Source of the DNA: Stylophora pistillata
Taxonomy: Eukaryota
NCBI RefSeq assembly: GCF_002571385.2
Contig: NW_019217918.1
Coordinates: 124,817-188,816, forward strand
Direction of reading: 5' to 3'
Length of the DNA: 64,000 nt
The notes under the pieces are model-generated. The model saw nothing but the letters and a program-made list of their open reading frames with translations, had not been told where the DNA came from and made no database searches. Position numbers and translations under genes: made by a program. Shown here piece by piece: positions 10,432 to 21,728 of the stretch (position 1 is the first letter of the stretch; every line of letters begins with the position of its first letter).

Positions 10432-11372
10432 AATGAGATCTATCCTTACGTATCACACTGTAGCCGCTGATATTGATTACGCCGTCGTCAACTAAATTTT
10501 TAAGCGAAGTTTCGGTTCTACAAAATACATCAAATTTCTGATCACCAAGGAAATTTCGAATTTCGTCCATTTTTGGCGCCAGACTCATAACATTAGACAG
10601 AGAAAGGGACGGCATAAAGTTGGATCGAGCGAAGGTTATTTGTGTTGATGAACCTTTGTCTTGGACAATAGTAAGGTATGGCACGATGTGTTATTCTCAC
10701 GGGAACTGTTAAACGCCTTGGTTGATTGTTGTCACTTGATTACGAATAATTATTCAACTGAGAAAACATATCCTACAAGTCAAAATTATTTCTTCTAAAC
10801 GTGGCTGTAAAACTTGATCTTGATTATTTCCCTAATCCCTGCCCGCTTGCCTCGGTACTTGAATAACCCGTTCGAACAAAGTGCTGAGAGGATTGACCGG
10901 TAGTTCTTTCGCAAGGCTATCAGATCTTTTCTTGAGAACGGTAACTTTGGTGTTTGGCGGATATGTAAATGACTCGCAGTGGTACCATCCTGAGACAACT
11001 TGTCGATGTTACTAAAATTAGTTTGGTGTTCTGGAGCCAGACCGGGGCCAGGATTAGAAGGAATATCCATGTACACCGTGATGTCAATAGGTTGGTCTTG
11101 GCCAGGAACAATCAAGGAGACGAACCCGTGTTTGCTGGGCTTTCGAAACGGAATTCTTGTGGTGAAGAAACCTTGTTTGGCGATGTGAAAGCGGCTTGGA
11201 CGAAAAACAGGACTTATAAAATATATATTTACTTTCCTTGCATTGGCTGTTGCATCTTCAGGATATCTAGCGTGGATAACGGGAGCCGAAATGAGGCTCA
11301 AACTACACAAAGAATAAAAAAGATAGCAGAGCAAATTTTGTCGTAGCCGCCATGTTCAGCGCCAATCACGTG

Positions 11373-11592
11373 AATATTCCATTTTACAGTTGTGTGCTTG
11401 GTTGCCAAGCCTTTGAACGGGAGTGAGGCTAGAGATGACCTTGTTATGATACAAGCCTTGCTGCCTTTCATATGTAAATCAGTTTGTTATCATGCTAACT
11501 AGCTACAGGTCTCTATCACAACAGGGTCATCTTTAGCCTCACTCTGAATCAAAGGCTTGGACACTAAGTACACAACTGTAAAATGGCCTATT
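11373..11592. mobile_element. 220-bp palindromic MITE
   Basis: ~75-bp imperfect inverted arms (CCATTTTACAGTTGTGT...AGTGAGGCTAGAGATGACC / GGTCATCTTTAGCCTCACT...ACACAACTGTAAAATGG). Confidence 0.85.
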
Positions 11593-12018
11593 AACTAAAA
11601 GATGTTCAAACCCGAGAAAATTTTTAAGCTTGCACGAGCCACACAAATGGGGCGTAATACTTTAATATGCTTTGGGTGGAGAGGTTTCGTTCTTTTTAAC
11701 ATTGGTGAAATAAAATGCAAGTTAAAGTGAAATTACTGTAACATTGAACGCGCAATTTATTTCAATCAACTTGTCTCCAGTTACACATTCCGCTTCCTCT
11801 GCTTGCCTTGCCTTTCCTTCCCTGTTGCGGCACTTGAAAATGAAAATCGTAACAAAGTGGCAGAGTGCCAGGGAATCGTGCCTCACAATATAACGGTTCA
11901 CTGTCCTTTCCCTTTTTGGGCAAAGAAATACGTCATTCATTACTTCAGTAAAATAAGGTTAAGATAGGTAAGAGGAGCGACGTTAGGTGAAGAAATGAGT
12001 AATCAGACAAAAATTTTT

Positions 12019-12050
12019 TCACTTGGCTGCAGAAATTATCCCAGCAACAC
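12019..12050 (-). CDS. EIF3K: EIF3K coding exon 9 (terminal)
   Basis: TTTTTTTCCAG|GTGTTGCTGGGATAATTTCTGCAGCCAAGTGA = (S)VAGIISAAK*. Confidence 0.88.
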
Positions 12051-15000
12051 CTGGAAAAAAAATGACACTGAATTGAGTTGCTTAGAAGGAAGTACCAACC
12101 AAAACCAACCAACCGAGCAATTACTGGAAAGTGAAAATTTCCTAAAATTTCTAAAAGACTTAACGGTCCAAATAGATAGCAAAACAGAAGCAATTTTGGA
12201 GACTCTTTAAAACACTTACAACAAGTAATTGTCGTGAATATCCTTTGAGTTGCTTGAGTCCTTCTCTTTCGTTAGTTTTTACTAGACTAAAAGTACAGCA
12301 CGTACAGTGCTAATGAGTGTCGAAAAACCAGACCTCAACGAATCATAACAGCCAATCGCAACAAAGCAGTTTTCGCGAAGGCCCATTGCGCAACCCAAAA
12401 CGTTTCCAGTAAAGACTTCAAAAGCTTGAGGAAATAAGTCCAACTACCAAAGGAAACTTTGTTTTTTTTTTCTTTTCCCTGCAACTTTGTTGATGACACC
12501 CCCCCCCCTGATATATTTCATCCAGTTTCCCCGCTGCCCGTCCAGACACATCGACAGAGAAAGGTCTCGTGCGCAGGTAGCCCCGGGACGCAGACACCCT
12601 CGGGTTGTAAAAAGGTTCCCCTGGACAATAGATGGTTGTCTTATGAGAATGCTTTTCATGCACGGCCGTAAATTGCCGCTATAGTGTCACAGTGCCAGGC
12701 TTACAAGAAAGCGTGTGAACAAAGGAGCTGGTTACGGTCTCAAAATTCCCCATAACTGGACAGGAGTCATGACCGATTTTGATACGCGTTTTAGAAGGAC
12801 AATTAAAGAGCGTCTCAATGATATCTACTTCTAACAATGATGACAGGAAAGAACAGTTTTTATCGGAAATAACGTCTGAGGATGAAATCGAAATTTGAGG
12901 GTGCCCTATCTACAATGTTGCAGTATTTGGAAATCTGGCCACTAGCGTCAATAATTCAATATAACTCACTGTCTAAGTCGATTTTCTCTGCAATGTTCTT
13001 GGACTTAATGTGCGCCTCTTGGTTGCTCACAAATACTCTGCCATCTTCTTTAATTGTCCAGTTTTGAGCTTTTATCCACTCGTCCAACTCTTCTCCTGGA
13101 AATAACAAGGAGAAAATTCAAATGAGAGTCAGTGGTCTCACTTTGACTTTATACGGGTTTGGCAACCTGTGAAAGACCAACAACTTATGCAGGAAAAGAA
13201 GGAATGAGGTTAGACATGACGTTTATGGATAACGCGAAACAGCTACTTGATGTTTGACGTTTCCGTCTTCACTTCTTACACCTTAAGCTTCGCGTACTTA
13301 GCAAATTGCTTTTAAAGCAAAGAATAGTACCCAGCTCACGGCTTGGGGTTTTGATAACAGGGATCATGTGAAAATTTATCGGTTTTGACGGTTTTGTATA
13401 CGGTTTTCGGTTTTGCTCTAGTTTTTTCGCGGTTAATGATTACTTTTTTCCTGCGGTTTTGCGGTTTCCAATAGAGACGTGCACAAGCAAAAAGTGATTG
13501 CCTTGGAAGGTTGGGCCACATTTAGAGGAACGGTCAAGTCAAGGAGAGACAATACACAAAATTTATGAAATGTGATTAACAATTTAACTCTTAAAAGTGA
13601 TCGGCTTCTTGTTTCTTCTTACAGTAACAACTGTTAAATCAAACATCGAGACCATAAGAGTAAGGAAAATGATAAAATAAAAATATAAAAAATAAATAGA
13701 CAGTTTAACGTGGAGAAACAGTTAGCTAGAAGCTAGTTTACAGGTTTTCCACCAAACAACTCAAACAAATAATTCAAATTGAAAGTAACATTATTAAGAA
13801 TCCCAACTAGCCGAAGGCAAACCAGTTGGCTATATTACAAGCATGGCCGAGGATTCGAAACTCGGGGCTACCGTGAAACAAATCCGGGCAGAGGTCAGGG
13901 CGGGACTTGAACCCGGGAACGACGGATCACAAGTCCGACACGCTGACCACTCGACCATGCTGCCTTCACCCACCCGAGAAGCTCTTGATTGTCGAACATA
14001 TATTGCCAGTATCATTACCGTGGTAAATGTATAGAGAACAGTATGAGGAATATGGATACCAATCATGGGGTGTTAAGGGTTCATATGGCCTTCTCACTGA
14101 CATTTTCAGGATTGCAGCATTTATTTTCAAAAGATAATTTAAGCATACCAACCTTGAAGACCTCCAAGAAGTTCCGATATGTGGGTTTTATCGATGGTTT
14201 GGTATGTTATTCCTATGACGTAGCTTGCATCTGTATCAAATTTTTATCAAACTTTGATATGAGCTATACATGCAATACATGTAGATCAAACTATGATAAC
14301 TAGTATTCTTAATCTTATCATCATCAATAAGTTTATATGATGATCTGTTTCAAGTATCGATTGTTTGCCTTAACCAGAGTAGAAGCTGTTTGTGAAGTGT
14401 GGCTTTTAGTTTTGCATGTTGTTTTCCAATGGCAGCATTTAAAACCAAATTTTTCAGTACCAGTATATCTGAACACAATTTTCTGTAGTATCCGGTCAAT
14501 TCACCACCACAAAACTCGCCACCGCTCGAAGTCGAATCGCCACCGGTGGAGGTTCTGTTTCGTTTAACGTTCCTTTATTGAGACGCTGCACCTAACTTCT
14601 ATGTTCCTTTCCCTTTTCGCAATATACTACTACACATTACCTTTCATTTGATGTAAGTTTCACACGAGAGGCTACACGTAACGTTTAAGTCAAATCGCCA
14701 CCAGTGGCAACTTGACTTCGAATGGTGGCGAGTTTTGTGGTGGCGAGTATTGCGGTGGCGAGTATTGCGGTGGCGAGTATTGCGGTGGCGAGTATTGTGG
14801 TGGCGAGCTTGCTGTGGTTGCGAATTGACCGTAAACCTTTTCGAACAATTAGTTACTCTTACAAATCTCAAACCATGAAAACAAGTCATTCTTTTCGGCT
14901 ACTCCTCAACCCTTTAATTCCCTTGAGTGACCAAGCCTGGGTTTCTCCTTACAAATTAGTACAATATCAAGCAGAAAAGTGATGAGAATCAAGAGTAATG

Positions 15001-18000
15001 TAAATAAGAGGATCGTTAGTTGATCCAACACCAAATTCTCAGAACTTACAAAAATTGTATAGCAGCAGAGATCGACACTATCTTTTCAAATTACTAGCCA
15101 AGTGGCTAGTGACAACTTATAACGTTACAACAATTTCAGTTAGTTTACCAGCAAAACCGGCTAGTGGAAATCGAAAACCACTTGCCGCAACTGAATTTCT
15201 ACTAGTCTGTGGCTAGTTGGCTACTGTAAGTGTCGAGCCCTGTAGCAGACAGTAGGGAGAATTACAGTTGGGATAAATATTTGCAGTGGAAGGATTGACA
15301 ACAGAGATTAAAATTATATGGTTTCTGGAGCATACTTTTCCTCTGTGAAAATAAATCAGTTGAGGCTGTGATAGTAAAGTATCTTTCATAAATCAGGAAT
15401 TGCTCTGCAGGTGTAAGAATGATGTTTTGAGCAGCAGGCATACATGTCTGACATATGCCCGAGGTGTGAGATTAAGGTAGTTTACCTAAAGAGTGAATGT
15501 GGGAAGTTTCATGAAGTTCTTTAGCAAACTTGTGAAATTATGGGATCCTACACTTGCCATCCATCCAAAAGCGTTTTACCTGTGCTAACAAGTTCTCATT
15601 GCATTACTCACATTTTCTAATTGCATCATGAAATCCTACAATTCCATCAACAAGGGAAGTGTCCTCATTTAGATATTTCTGAAAATGAAATCATTCACAG
15701 GAGTGACTTTTGGTTTAGTTACAGTCAAACCTCAGTTATCTGGACCACAATTATCCAGACTTTTTCTCTGGTCCCAACTTTGTCATGAATATTTATTAGT
15801 CATTACCAAGATCCGTAGCCATATTCTTTTCAAAACCACAGCATTGAAAAGTGAAGTAAAGGCAAGTTTGTTTTGCTTTCAAAAAGCAAAAGCAGCACTT
15901 GCACATGTTTTAACTAATGAAGAACATTCGAATGAGGTTTGATTGGCTTGGAGTTGTTTTGTTGCTATATAAGATTTAACACCTTATTGGCTCATTGAGC
16001 ATGGTGTGCAGGATAAACTTAATTTATTTCTTATTTTTGCAATAAAAGATAAACAGTCTATAATTCTGCAAGAAAGGAGAAAAATATTTATCGCTTTCTT
16101 AATTTAATCATTTTTTTGTTCCTCATTAATTTTCATATTCTCAATTATCCGGACCCTCAATCATCCAGACTATTTCGTCCATTCCTAATGAGTCTGGATA
16201 ATTGAGGTTCGACTGTAATTAATAAGTAAATAATCAGGTTTCTCATTAAATGCCAGTCACTAACTAACAAAACAGCCACTTCAAGCACGATGCTTTACTT
16301 TAAACAAAGTGTCTAAGTTGTGAACAGTAAGTGTTAAAAAAAAGACAATGTAAGTATTGTTACAAAAAGTTTACTAACCTTCAGAAAATTTGTTATCACA
16401 TTCCATAGAATAATTTGCTTTACATTTTCTCTAATCTTAACGTTGCCAAATAAAGCCAAACTGCTTTGCATGCATGAAAATGAGCAAATTAGAATTAAAT
16501 CCTCTAAACCTCCAAATATTTTTTAAGAGAACTCCCCTCCCTCCTAAGGCCTTTTGCCTTTGTTTCAGAAATTAAAAGCCATCTAATTAATGCACAAAGT
16601 CATCAACTCCCTACACCACTGAAAACCATAAATAAATCAGTTTTTGCTTCCATATTGTAATAACTCTTCATAACAATTTATCAAATGTCATTTTATTAAA
16701 ATTTTCAACACAAAGATACAAACAAAGATAATTAAACAACTCTTACCCATGCCTCCAAAAAGTTACATGTTTCCAACAACTCGGCAAGTTTAATGACTCG
16801 TGCTATGGCTTGATCTTGTTGCTATTTTGTAGAGTTAAGGTAGTGTGTATATTATGTTGAAAGTTGCCAGAAAATATAATAAAGAGCATTTATCACTTTT
16901 TAGCCATAAACATTTCTAGTCCTAATCTCTGATCTCATTTTTGGTCATAACTGAAAATCACAGTCTTGTAAAGATGATCTTAACCACTAACCCCCAAGAT
17001 CTGATTGTTAATTCTCCACTTGAGCCACTACACATTTCCTTTTAAATTAGGTATGAGAATTTCTTGTTACCATATTTATTCATCTATAAGCCAAACTCAG
17101 CTATAAGCTAAGACCCTAAACTTCCGTCTGTTTTAATTGGGAAGGTTCTTAAAACATGTAAATTGAAAATACTCGGCTATAAGCTGAGACTATATTCAGA
17201 GAATTCCATTTTCAAACAAACTGATATGAATGTAAAAGTTTCAAAACAGAAAAGTGTTTCAATGCTGTATTGCTGTAAAAAATGGAAAACTTCATAAGCC
17301 TATTGCTTTGATGATTAAAATGAACAAAAGAAAAGCATCTCACTCAGAAAACACACATTTCCGCAGCATTCAATGAGTAAATTAAAACGTATTCAAATTT
17401 TATTGGTAGTTTATTTGAGAACAAAAGAAATCAATTGATCAATTTGATCCAAACAAGGATATAAAACAATGCAAAGGCAGTGCAAATATTCATCTGAGTT
17501 CAGAATCCTGTCTAAAGCTTTCAAAATAATTTGATATCAACAAAGTTGAAATGGTAAATTGGCCACCGTAACGGTGGCCAATTTACCATCTCAACTTTGT
17601 TGATATATTCAAGTTATTTCGTTACCCCCACCGACGCAGCGCCAAACAATTTCTTTAGAAACTATCAGCCTTCAAAGCTTTCAAAGTTGTCCTCATGCTT
17701 TCAAATTGTTCAAAGGTTGTCAATCATCATGCCTAAAGCTCGTCATTGTTCATAGGTAGATCAAGATAACAACTTCTATCTGACAAGTTTAAGTATTCTC
17801 ATGACATGTTTGCTGGATACTGTAACATTCAGATAGTATGGGGATAAGCTTAAGAGATTAACAACGTGCAAGATAATTGTTGTGGTTATCATGCTTAAAA
17901 CATCAAACTTTGTGGGAAAAGTGGCTGCTTTGTTGGTAGAACAAACATAACCTGGATGGATAGAAAGAAAGGAGGGAATCTTACTTATTTAGCCTGGGTC

Positions 18001-20381
18001 TTGAGTCTTACTGTGAAATTGAACAAACCATGAACTTCTTTAAAATATGTCAAAAGTGTTTGTTGCTTTAAGGACAGTTATGATTTGATGTTCTGTTTGG
18101 CTTTAGTGTTTTCACTATTTTGAGTTTTGTAGCAAACAGGATGTCTTTCTGGCTTTGAAAACCTGCAGTGAACAATTTCCAAGTTCTAATGAAATATTAG
18201 TTGTTTCCAAAGTAATGTGATGTAAGCTCATAGGACAAAAGATACATTGGCATCATCAATAAGACATCTGCACATAATGAAGTCAGCATTGGGCAACATC
18301 ATGAGGGCCTTCAATAGAATCTGCATGGTAACTGTTGTTTGATGATATGCAGGATTGAACTGGTACCTAAAAAGAAAAATTAAAAGTTGTTAACACCTGA
18401 CTTAAAACATTCCTAAGTGTTTACAATGTATAAGAAAAAAAAGAAAGGGGGGGAAGGTCTATCTATATTCTGTTATGAGGACAAAACAAGCAAAGTCAAT
18501 AAAGGATTCATTTTATAGCCAAAAATTATACATTAGGCTTACCACAATTGTTTGTATATATTATTTACAATACACTGTTACATCACTCAAGCTTACAAGT
18601 AGACACTGAGCATGTATGAGTACACTTACAACTTCAGAACTGCCAAATTTGCATCCAAATCATAAGCATTGTTGTAGACCTAATGAACAAATCAAAACAC
18701 ATATTAGTTCATGGTCATTTGATAATATGGAAATTTAAGCTATTTTCTCAAGAAGTGTAGGTTGTCACCATAGACCTAGCCTTCTGCAGGTCTCCTTTAG
18801 CTCAGTGCTCATATGTTTCACTCCAACTGGGAGCACCTGGAGTTCTTTTTCCTGGAGCATGCCTGTGTCATCACTGAATCACATCTTCTTTCAAGTGTAG
18901 GTTTATTTTGCAAAGAAAAGGGTTTGGTTATCTTGTCAGTAAGTTGATAAGATACAAAATTTTGTCCAACTTACAAAGTAAATCTAACTCCTTCGGAGGA
19001 GTTTCAACATACTTGCTGATACACCAAGTTTATCTTAAATCAAACTGTCACATTTAATAATTTCTGACTGATAATGGAATTCATTCTGATCTTGAAAATT
19101 GTGCTGTTATGGTTTAACATAAAAATTTTGTTGAATTTGATATTTTCATCTTTCCATACGCATCTTAATCTAAATTCTTTAAGATAAGTTAGTATGGAAA
19201 AAAATTCCATATGGAAAAAAGCTCCCGTGGAGTAGGCAGGGTATGATGGCAGGCTTTTAGCTCTATTTTGGAGGTGTAATCAATTGTTAACTTCTTGGAG
19301 CTGACTAGAGTGTGGTGCAACTGAAAAGTGATGAAATATGAAATGATCCAGTTTTATTTCCTGTTAATATTCTGTTGCTTAAAAAAAGACAAAATTACCA
19401 AAGTTTGTTTATAGCTAATATTGAGGTCAAGGCTGTGCTCTAAGAAAGATTGAAGGAAGCCCATTGCTCCGAAACTGTGAAATCCAGGATGCCCTGCATA
19501 TGCTTTTTATGAAAAAACTAAGATTTCTGAGTTGCCCAAGAGCAAAAGTAAGGTACCAGGGACCACTGAACACTGCTAGACAACAGTCCTAGAGTTTGTT
19601 GTAAACTGCACGAATTTATTTCCACTAACCTTAAAATATCAGCCATATACAAAATACAACCCACAAAATACAACCCACAAATTTTTCATGCTACAGGTTC
19701 CACATTTAATCTATGTACTTTTAGTTACTAGATGAAAGCACTTATAAATTAATTCAATTTAAAACTTAAGTATGGTGGTCAGAATTGACAAGTTTGTGAC
19801 CATAAGCCTTACTTGAAAATGAACATAGCCCTCCAAGTTTGTGAGATTTTCAGGGTTGTATCTGGGAAAAACAAACGAATACATATTTCTTCACAAGCTA
19901 TGTTCCAATATGAGAATCAAATTCTTCTTCAGAGTGACCTCTTCACTTCCACTAGGAGTGTTTTTCAATTTTTGATTCTCATATGTTAATTTTGTAACTA
20001 CAATCACTTCACTTTTGCCGGTCAAAGAACCGTTGTTTGGGTATCATTCATACACCAAATTTTGTCTCATCCTCAATCAGCAACCCCTGAAATTCCCTCT
20101 GAAAGTCTAGTTGTCAATCGACAAAATAAACAAACCGAGGAGTAAATTAGTCAATGGCAAAATCATACATAGAAATAGTTTCAGGGTTTAGAACTCACAC
20201 GTGGGCAGAGAAAAGATTGTCAGACGTCCAAAGTCGGTTTTTAAAACCGGGATCTTTCCACTGATGTCAAGGAACTTATATCTGGCCGTGTTTTTCAAAA
20301 TTAATGGCTAGTGTTTGACTGTACGTACCTATCTATTCCCTTCAAAAGTTGGGCCACCTTCTCTCTCATGTCTTCCGCCAT
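12019..20381 (-). CDS. EIF3K: Eukaryotic translation initiation factor 3 subunit K, 9 coding exons, 216 aa
   Basis: Exons 20381-20329, 19861-19813, 18679-18630, 18366-18246, 16821-16747, 15678-15612, 14230-14153, 13095-12970, 12050-12019 join in phase (651 nt) to give [24 protein letters not shown]...[18 protein letters not shown]...LLETC...VIGITYQ...[23 protein letters not shown]. All introns are GT-AG. PolyA signal at 11756-11761. Confidence 0.96.
12970..13095 (-). CDS. EIF3K: EIF3K coding exon 8
   Basis: (G)[41 protein letters not shown]; TTCCAG acceptor, GTGAGT donor. Confidence 0.93.
13700..13965 (-). mobile_element. tRNA-derived SINE (second family), intronic
   Basis: Minus-strand head GGCAGCATGGTCGAGTGGTCAGCG...GGGTTCAAGTCCC (A and B boxes); body ...CAACTGGTTTGCCTTCGGCTAGTTGGGATTCTTAA. 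Confidence 0.8.
14153..14230 (-). CDS. EIF3K: EIF3K coding exon 7
   Basis: (Y)[25 protein letters not shown]; ACAG acceptor, GTTGGT donor. Confidence 0.92.
14493..14831. mobile_element. Non-autonomous DNA element with TIRs and 15-bp subterminal tandem repeats
   Basis: TIR CGGTCAATTC / GAATTGACCG. Six GGTGGCGAG(TATTGC) units at 14724-14807, with inverted CTCGCCACC-type copies near the left end. Confidence 0.8.
14906..15299. mobile_element. Degenerate TTAACCC-type (piggyBac-like) MITE interrupted by a nested element
   Basis: AACCCTTTAATTCCC...TTTCTCCTTACAA... Related fragments at ~13584-13675 and ~16980-17066/17755-17861. Confidence 0.55.
15066..15242. mobile_element. 177-bp MITE (CAG...CTG termini) nested in another MITE
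   Basis: TIRs CAGAGATCGACACT / AGTGTCGAGCCCTG; flanking duplication TAGCAG at 15060-15065 and 15243-15248. Confidence 0.8.
15612..15678 (-). CDS. EIF3K: EIF3K coding exon 6
   Basis: [22 protein letters not shown]; TTTTCAG acceptor, GTGAGT donor. Confidence 0.92.
15722..16215. mobile_element. Tc1/mariner (pogo/Tigger-like) non-autonomous element
   Basis: TA|CAGTCAAACCTC...GAGGTTCGACTG|TA, with internal repeated TTATCC(G/A)GAC motifs. Confidence 0.85.
16747..16821 (-). CDS. EIF3K: EIF3K coding exon 5
   Basis: [25 protein letters not shown]; preceded by a U12 branch site CCTTAAC. Confidence 0.92.
16822..18245 (-). other. U12-type (minor spliceosome) GT-AG intron in EIF3K
   Basis: 5' splice site GTATCTTTT (consensus GTATCCTTT). 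Branch site CCTTAAC at 16840-16834, 12 nt from the 3' end. No polypyrimidine tract. Confidence 0.85.
17526..17673. mobile_element. Penelope-type terminal-repeat remnant forming a 73-bp palindrome
   Basis: Palindrome at 17534-17606 centred on GGCCACCGT-A-ACGGTGGCC, followed by CCCACCGACGCAGC...TTTCTTTAGAAAC. Flanking direct repeat AAAGCTTTCAAA at 17514-17525 and 17674-17685. Confidence 0.65.
18246..18366 (-). CDS. EIF3K: EIF3K coding exon 4
   Basis: [40 protein letters not shown]; U12-type donor GTATCTTTT. Confidence 0.93.
18630..18679 (-). CDS. EIF3K: EIF3K coding exon 3
   Basis: [16 protein letters not shown](L); TTAG acceptor, GTAAGT donor. Confidence 0.93.
19813..19861 (-). CDS. EIF3K: EIF3K coding exon 2
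   Basis: [16 protein letters not shown]; CCCAG acceptor, GTAAGG donor. Confidence 0.93.
20329..20381 (-). CDS. EIF3K: EIF3K coding exon 1
   Basis: [17 protein letters not shown](R); AAGATGGCG start context; donor AG|GTACGT. Confidence 0.93.
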
Positions 20382-21134
20382 CTTGAATAGATGATGAATT
20401 ATTAACAAATGGTAATCCTGGGTTCTAGCAGCCTCTCTTTCATCCTCATTAAAACTCGTGTAACGCGCGGGAATCCACGCGCTTATGTAAAAGTCGAGGA
20501 GACTCTGAGGTTATTTTCTATATAAAAACATGAACAAGTGGGAATGAGTAGGGAGATCAATAAATAGACTTGTTAGAACACGTCATCACAATCATGAATC
20601 AAACCCGAAGCCTACAGCTGAGTATCCAAGATTTTCGTGCCAAAACTTGAAAAAACGCGGCTGCCCAACGCGGTTACCACTCGGTTTGCCCGCCACTTTA
20701 TCACTTCGACAATAAATACTGTGATAGTTGACTTCCATACTTTATTGGAGAGAGTCACAGGTAGCCCAAGCTCTGTCACAGGCTCTTTCACGGTGAATAA
20801 TTAAAGAGTTTGTATAGTGGTTTAGTTGGACTTGCTTTTGAGCTCCGTAAATGTAAAGTTGTGTGAATTAATCAAAGAAATAAAGTCTTACCTTCGTAGA
20901 GAGTAGTCTGTGTTGTTCTCCTCACGATTTGAGGCAGTTTTGATCTGTTTTAGCTTGACGTCCTAAATCCCCGTGCACAAAATACGGGAAGGTTGGAAAC
21001 TTCTGTTGACACATGCTTGCCAAAATCGATCGAAAACAACACTTAAATACTTTCCCTCAAGTCAAAACTTGGCAGCACAAAAGCCAAACAGTTGCCCTTT
21101 AGGTTCACCGAAAAAAATTAGTTAATCTCGGCAA

Positions 21135-21339
21135 GGGACGTTAAAGAACCCACATCACGAGATTACGGGGATGTGGTCTGGCCTGTTTACTGGGAATGTG
21201 GGGAGGGGGCATCTGTAAAATTTCTCCTATTAATTGTAAACTGCCGCCGGCAGTCTGGAAATGTCCCCCGCACAGTGTTGCAAAGCGCATTAGAGCATTT
21301 ACATGGAAATGCACTATAGCAATCAATCTATATTATTAT
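21135..21339 (+). mobile_element. 5'-truncated SINE (Nin/Deu-domain end plus L2-like tail)
   Basis: GGGACGTTAAAGAACCCAC... then TGTTGCAAAGCGC...CTATA...TATTATTA. Similar to 52992-53143. Confidence 0.65.
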
Positions 21340-21343
21340 ATTC

Positions 21344-21366
21344 AACAATTATTCCACGAGCGCGCT

Positions 21367-21404
<38 letters not shown>

Positions 21405-21459
21405 CGCTGAGTTGGCTATAATCATCTCATATCCAACAAGAGCGAGTGGAATAATTGTT
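21344..21459. repeat. Long hairpin head of a non-autonomous DNA element
   Basis: AACAATTATTCCAC...GGATATGAGATGAT...AGCCAAC / GTTGGCT...ATCATCTCATATCC...GTGGAATAATTGTT. Runs into the assembly gap. Confidence 0.75.
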
Positions 21460-21469
21460 TTATTAAAAA

Positions 21470-21634
21470 NNNNNNNNNNNNNNNNNNNNNNNNNNNNNNN
21501 NNNNNNNNNNNNNNNNNNNNNNNNNNNNNNNNNNNNNNNNNNNNNNNNNNNNNNNNNNNNNNNNNNNNNNNNNNNNNNNNNNNNNNNNNNNNNNNNNNNN
21601 NNNNNNNNNNNNNNNNNNNNNNNNNNNNNNNNNN
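21470..21634. other. Assembly gap (165 N)
   Basis: Run of N. Confidence 1.
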
Positions 21635-21728
21635 TTACGCTTACGTAGCTTTCTGTGCGCGCCAAATTCTAATCGTTGCTTTGTAGTAAAGTCTTTCGCA
21701 ATATGGCCAAGTTGCAGAGAACGTTAAG

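Larger units (their letters stand above)
7418..11353 (-). mobile_element. Decayed near-full-length non-LTR retrotransposon (CR1/L2 group), APE endonuclease + reverse transcriptase
   Basis: Endonuclease motifs NVMSL, TET(S)L, HGGVCVY, AGDFN, ILD, GLSDH (9620-10684). RT motifs PISLT, QFG..PGSST, DYKKAFD, GVSQGTKLGP (8661-9485); the YxDD motif is lost. C-terminal domain at 7620-8450. 3' AATAAA followed by a (TTC)n tail at 7418-7443. 5' AACATGGCG start at 11353. Many stops and frameshifts. Confidence 0.92.

Noticed and set aside
7413-11356. ATGTT at both LINE ends as a TSD
   Set aside because: The right copy overlaps the element's own AACATGGCG start; a 5-bp match may be chance.
11995-12210. 71-aa plus-strand ORF that looks like a terminal exon
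   Set aside because: Antisense to EIF3K exon 9 and its acceptor; no recognisable domain or supporting upstream exons.
14644-14982. ORFs with (RHRNT)n and (VASIA)n repeats; superficially CRISPR-like array
   Set aside because: Translation of a 15-bp subterminal tandem repeat in a MITE. No unique spacers, and the context is eukaryotic.
17665-17730. Minus-strand C box (ATGATGA) and D box (CTGA) suggesting an intronic snoRNA
   Set aside because: No terminal stem, the D box lies within a repeat insertion, and no rRNA guide is recognisable.
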